From assembly GCA_002269645.1 (NCBI GenBank), contig NIVC01000414.1, positions 124,001 to 188,000 of the forward strand: DNA of 64,000 nt, written 5' to 3'. The notes beneath the pieces were generated by a model. It saw only the letters and a list, made by a program, of their open reading frames with translations, had not been told where the DNA came from and did no database searches. The translations under genes were made by a program, and so were the position numbers. The DNA is from Macrostomum lignano. Its lineage: Eukaryota. Positions 62,490-64,000 of the stretch are shown piece after piece. Each line of letters starts with the position of its first letter. Positions within the stretch are counted from its first letter, which is position 1.

Positions 62490-64000
62490 CAATGTACATG
62501 TTGTGGATGTACATTGTTGGGGTTTTGTGGGGGAGTGGCCAGCATCTGCTGTTTCGCTTGCTGAGTGGATGTACATTGTTGGGGTTTGTGGGGGGGGGGA
62601 GTGGCCAGCATCTGCTGTTTCGCTTTGCTGAGTGGATGTACATTGTTGGGGTTTGTAAGGGAGTGGCCAGTATCTGCTGTTTCGCTTGCTGAGTGGATGT
62701 ACATTGTTGGGGTTTGTGGGGGAGTGGCCAGCATCTGCTGTTTCGCTTTGCTGAGTGGATGTACATTGGTGGGGTTTGTGGGGAGTGGCCAGTATCTGCT
62801 TTTTCGCTTTGTTGAGTGGATGTACATTGGTGGGGTTTGTGGGGAGTGGCCAGTATCTGCTGTTTCGCTTTGCTGAGTGGATGTACATTGGTGGGGTTTG
62901 TGAGGGAGTGGCCAGTATCTGCTGTTTCGCTTTTCTGAGTGGATGTACATTGGTGGGGTTTGTGGGGGAGTGGCCAGTATCTGCTGTTTCGCTTTGCTGA
63001 GTGGATGTACATTGTTGGGGTTTGTGGGGGAGTGGCCAGTATCTGCTGTTTCGCTTTGCTGAGTGGATGTACATTGTTGGGGTTTGTGGGGGGTGGTGGC
63101 CAGTATCTGCTGTTTCGCTTTGCTGAGTGGATGTACATTGTTGGAGTTTGTGGGGAGTGGCCAGCATCTGCTGTTTCGCTTTGCTGAGTGGATATACATT
63201 GGTGGGGTTTGTGGGGGAGTGGCCAGTATCTGCTGTTTCGCTTTGCTGAGTGGATGTACATTGTTGGGGTTTGTGGGGGAGTGGCCAGTATCTGCTGTTT
63301 CGCTTTGCTGAGTGGATGTACATTGGTGGGGTTTGTGGGGGAGTGGCCAGTATCTGTACATTGGTGGGGTTTGTGGGGGAGTGGCCAGTATCTGCTGTTT
63401 CGCTTTGCTGAGTGGATGTACATTGTTGGGGTTTGTGGGGGAGTGGCCAGTATCTGCTGTTTCGCTTTGCTGAGTGGATGTACATTGTTGGGGTTTGTGG
63501 GGGGTGGTGGCCAGTATCTGCTGTTTCGCTTGCTGAGTGGATGTACATTGTTGGGGTTGTGGGGGGGGGTGGCCAGCATCTGCTGTTTCGCTTGCTGAGT
63601 GGATGTACATTGGTGGGGTTTGTGGGGAGTGGCCAGTATCTGCTGTTTCGCTTTGCTGAGTGGATGTACATTGTTGGGGTTTGTGGGGGAGTGGCCAGTA
63701 TCTGCTGTTTCGCTTTGCTGAGTGGATGTACATTGGTGGGGTTTGTGAGGGAGTGGCCAGTATCTGCTGTTTCGCTTTTCTGAGTGGATGTACATTGGTG
63801 GGGTTTGTGGGGGAGTGGCCAGTATCTGCTGTTTCGCTTTGCTGAGTGGATGTACATTGTTGGGGTTTGTGGGGGTGGTGGCCAGTATCTGCTGTTTCGC
63901 TTGCTGAGTGGATGTACATTGTTGGGGTTGTGGGGGGTGGCCAGCATCTGCTGTTTCGCTTGCTGAGTGGATGTACATTGTTGGGGTTGTGGGGGGGTGG
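62490..64000 (+). repeat. ~62-bp minisatellite running off the window end (KCNN intron)
   Basis: Unit GAGTGGATGTACATTGTTGGGGTTTGTGGGGGAGTGGCCAGTATCTGCTGTTTCGCTTTGCT. Confidence 0.97.

Noticed and set aside
62339-63978. Three 499-526-aa minus-strand ORFs
   Set aside because: They lie in a 62-bp tandem array (unit not divisible by 3) inside a KCNN intron; they are open only because the unit lacks stops.

Overview
Eukaryotic (metazoan, intron-rich, standard code) genomic DNA. The density of intronic micro- and minisatellites and the poly-Q/poly-A proteins resemble the flatworm Macrostomum, but that is inference, not shown. I reconstructed five spliced or single-ORF host genes by hand from GT/AG sites and phase consistency. 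(1) A 9-exon minus-strand gene (7053-17542) for a ~1184-aa secreted protein: signal peptide, PAN/apple-like module and eight divergent C-type-lectin-like domains. (2) An orphan minus-strand ORF (21075-21863) starting MGHCLS. (3) Pcf11 (minus, 25612-38479, 5 exons, ~1128 aa) with an unusual His/Asp octapeptide-repeat tail. (4) NARFL/CIAO3 (plus, 39091-45887, 6 exons, 490 aa), head-to-head with Pcf11. (5) The last two coding exons of an SK/KCNN-type potassium channel (minus, 58480-62304). Pcf11 intron 1 is almost entirely a 5.47-kb hAT-like DNA transposon (32763-38233; 17-bp TIRs, 7-bp TSD CCTAAAC) with a nearly intact 5-exon transposase. A deleted Merlin/ISXO2-like element (33359-33806) is nested inside it. 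The most notable observation is that the transposase C-terminus, across a single 1-nt frameshift invisible in the ORF track, encodes a Spin/Ssty (spindlin Tudor-like) domain with an apparently intact aromatic cage, and the element sits ~250 bp from the start codon at a bidirectional promoter. Most long ORFs in the ORF track are artefacts of tandem arrays.
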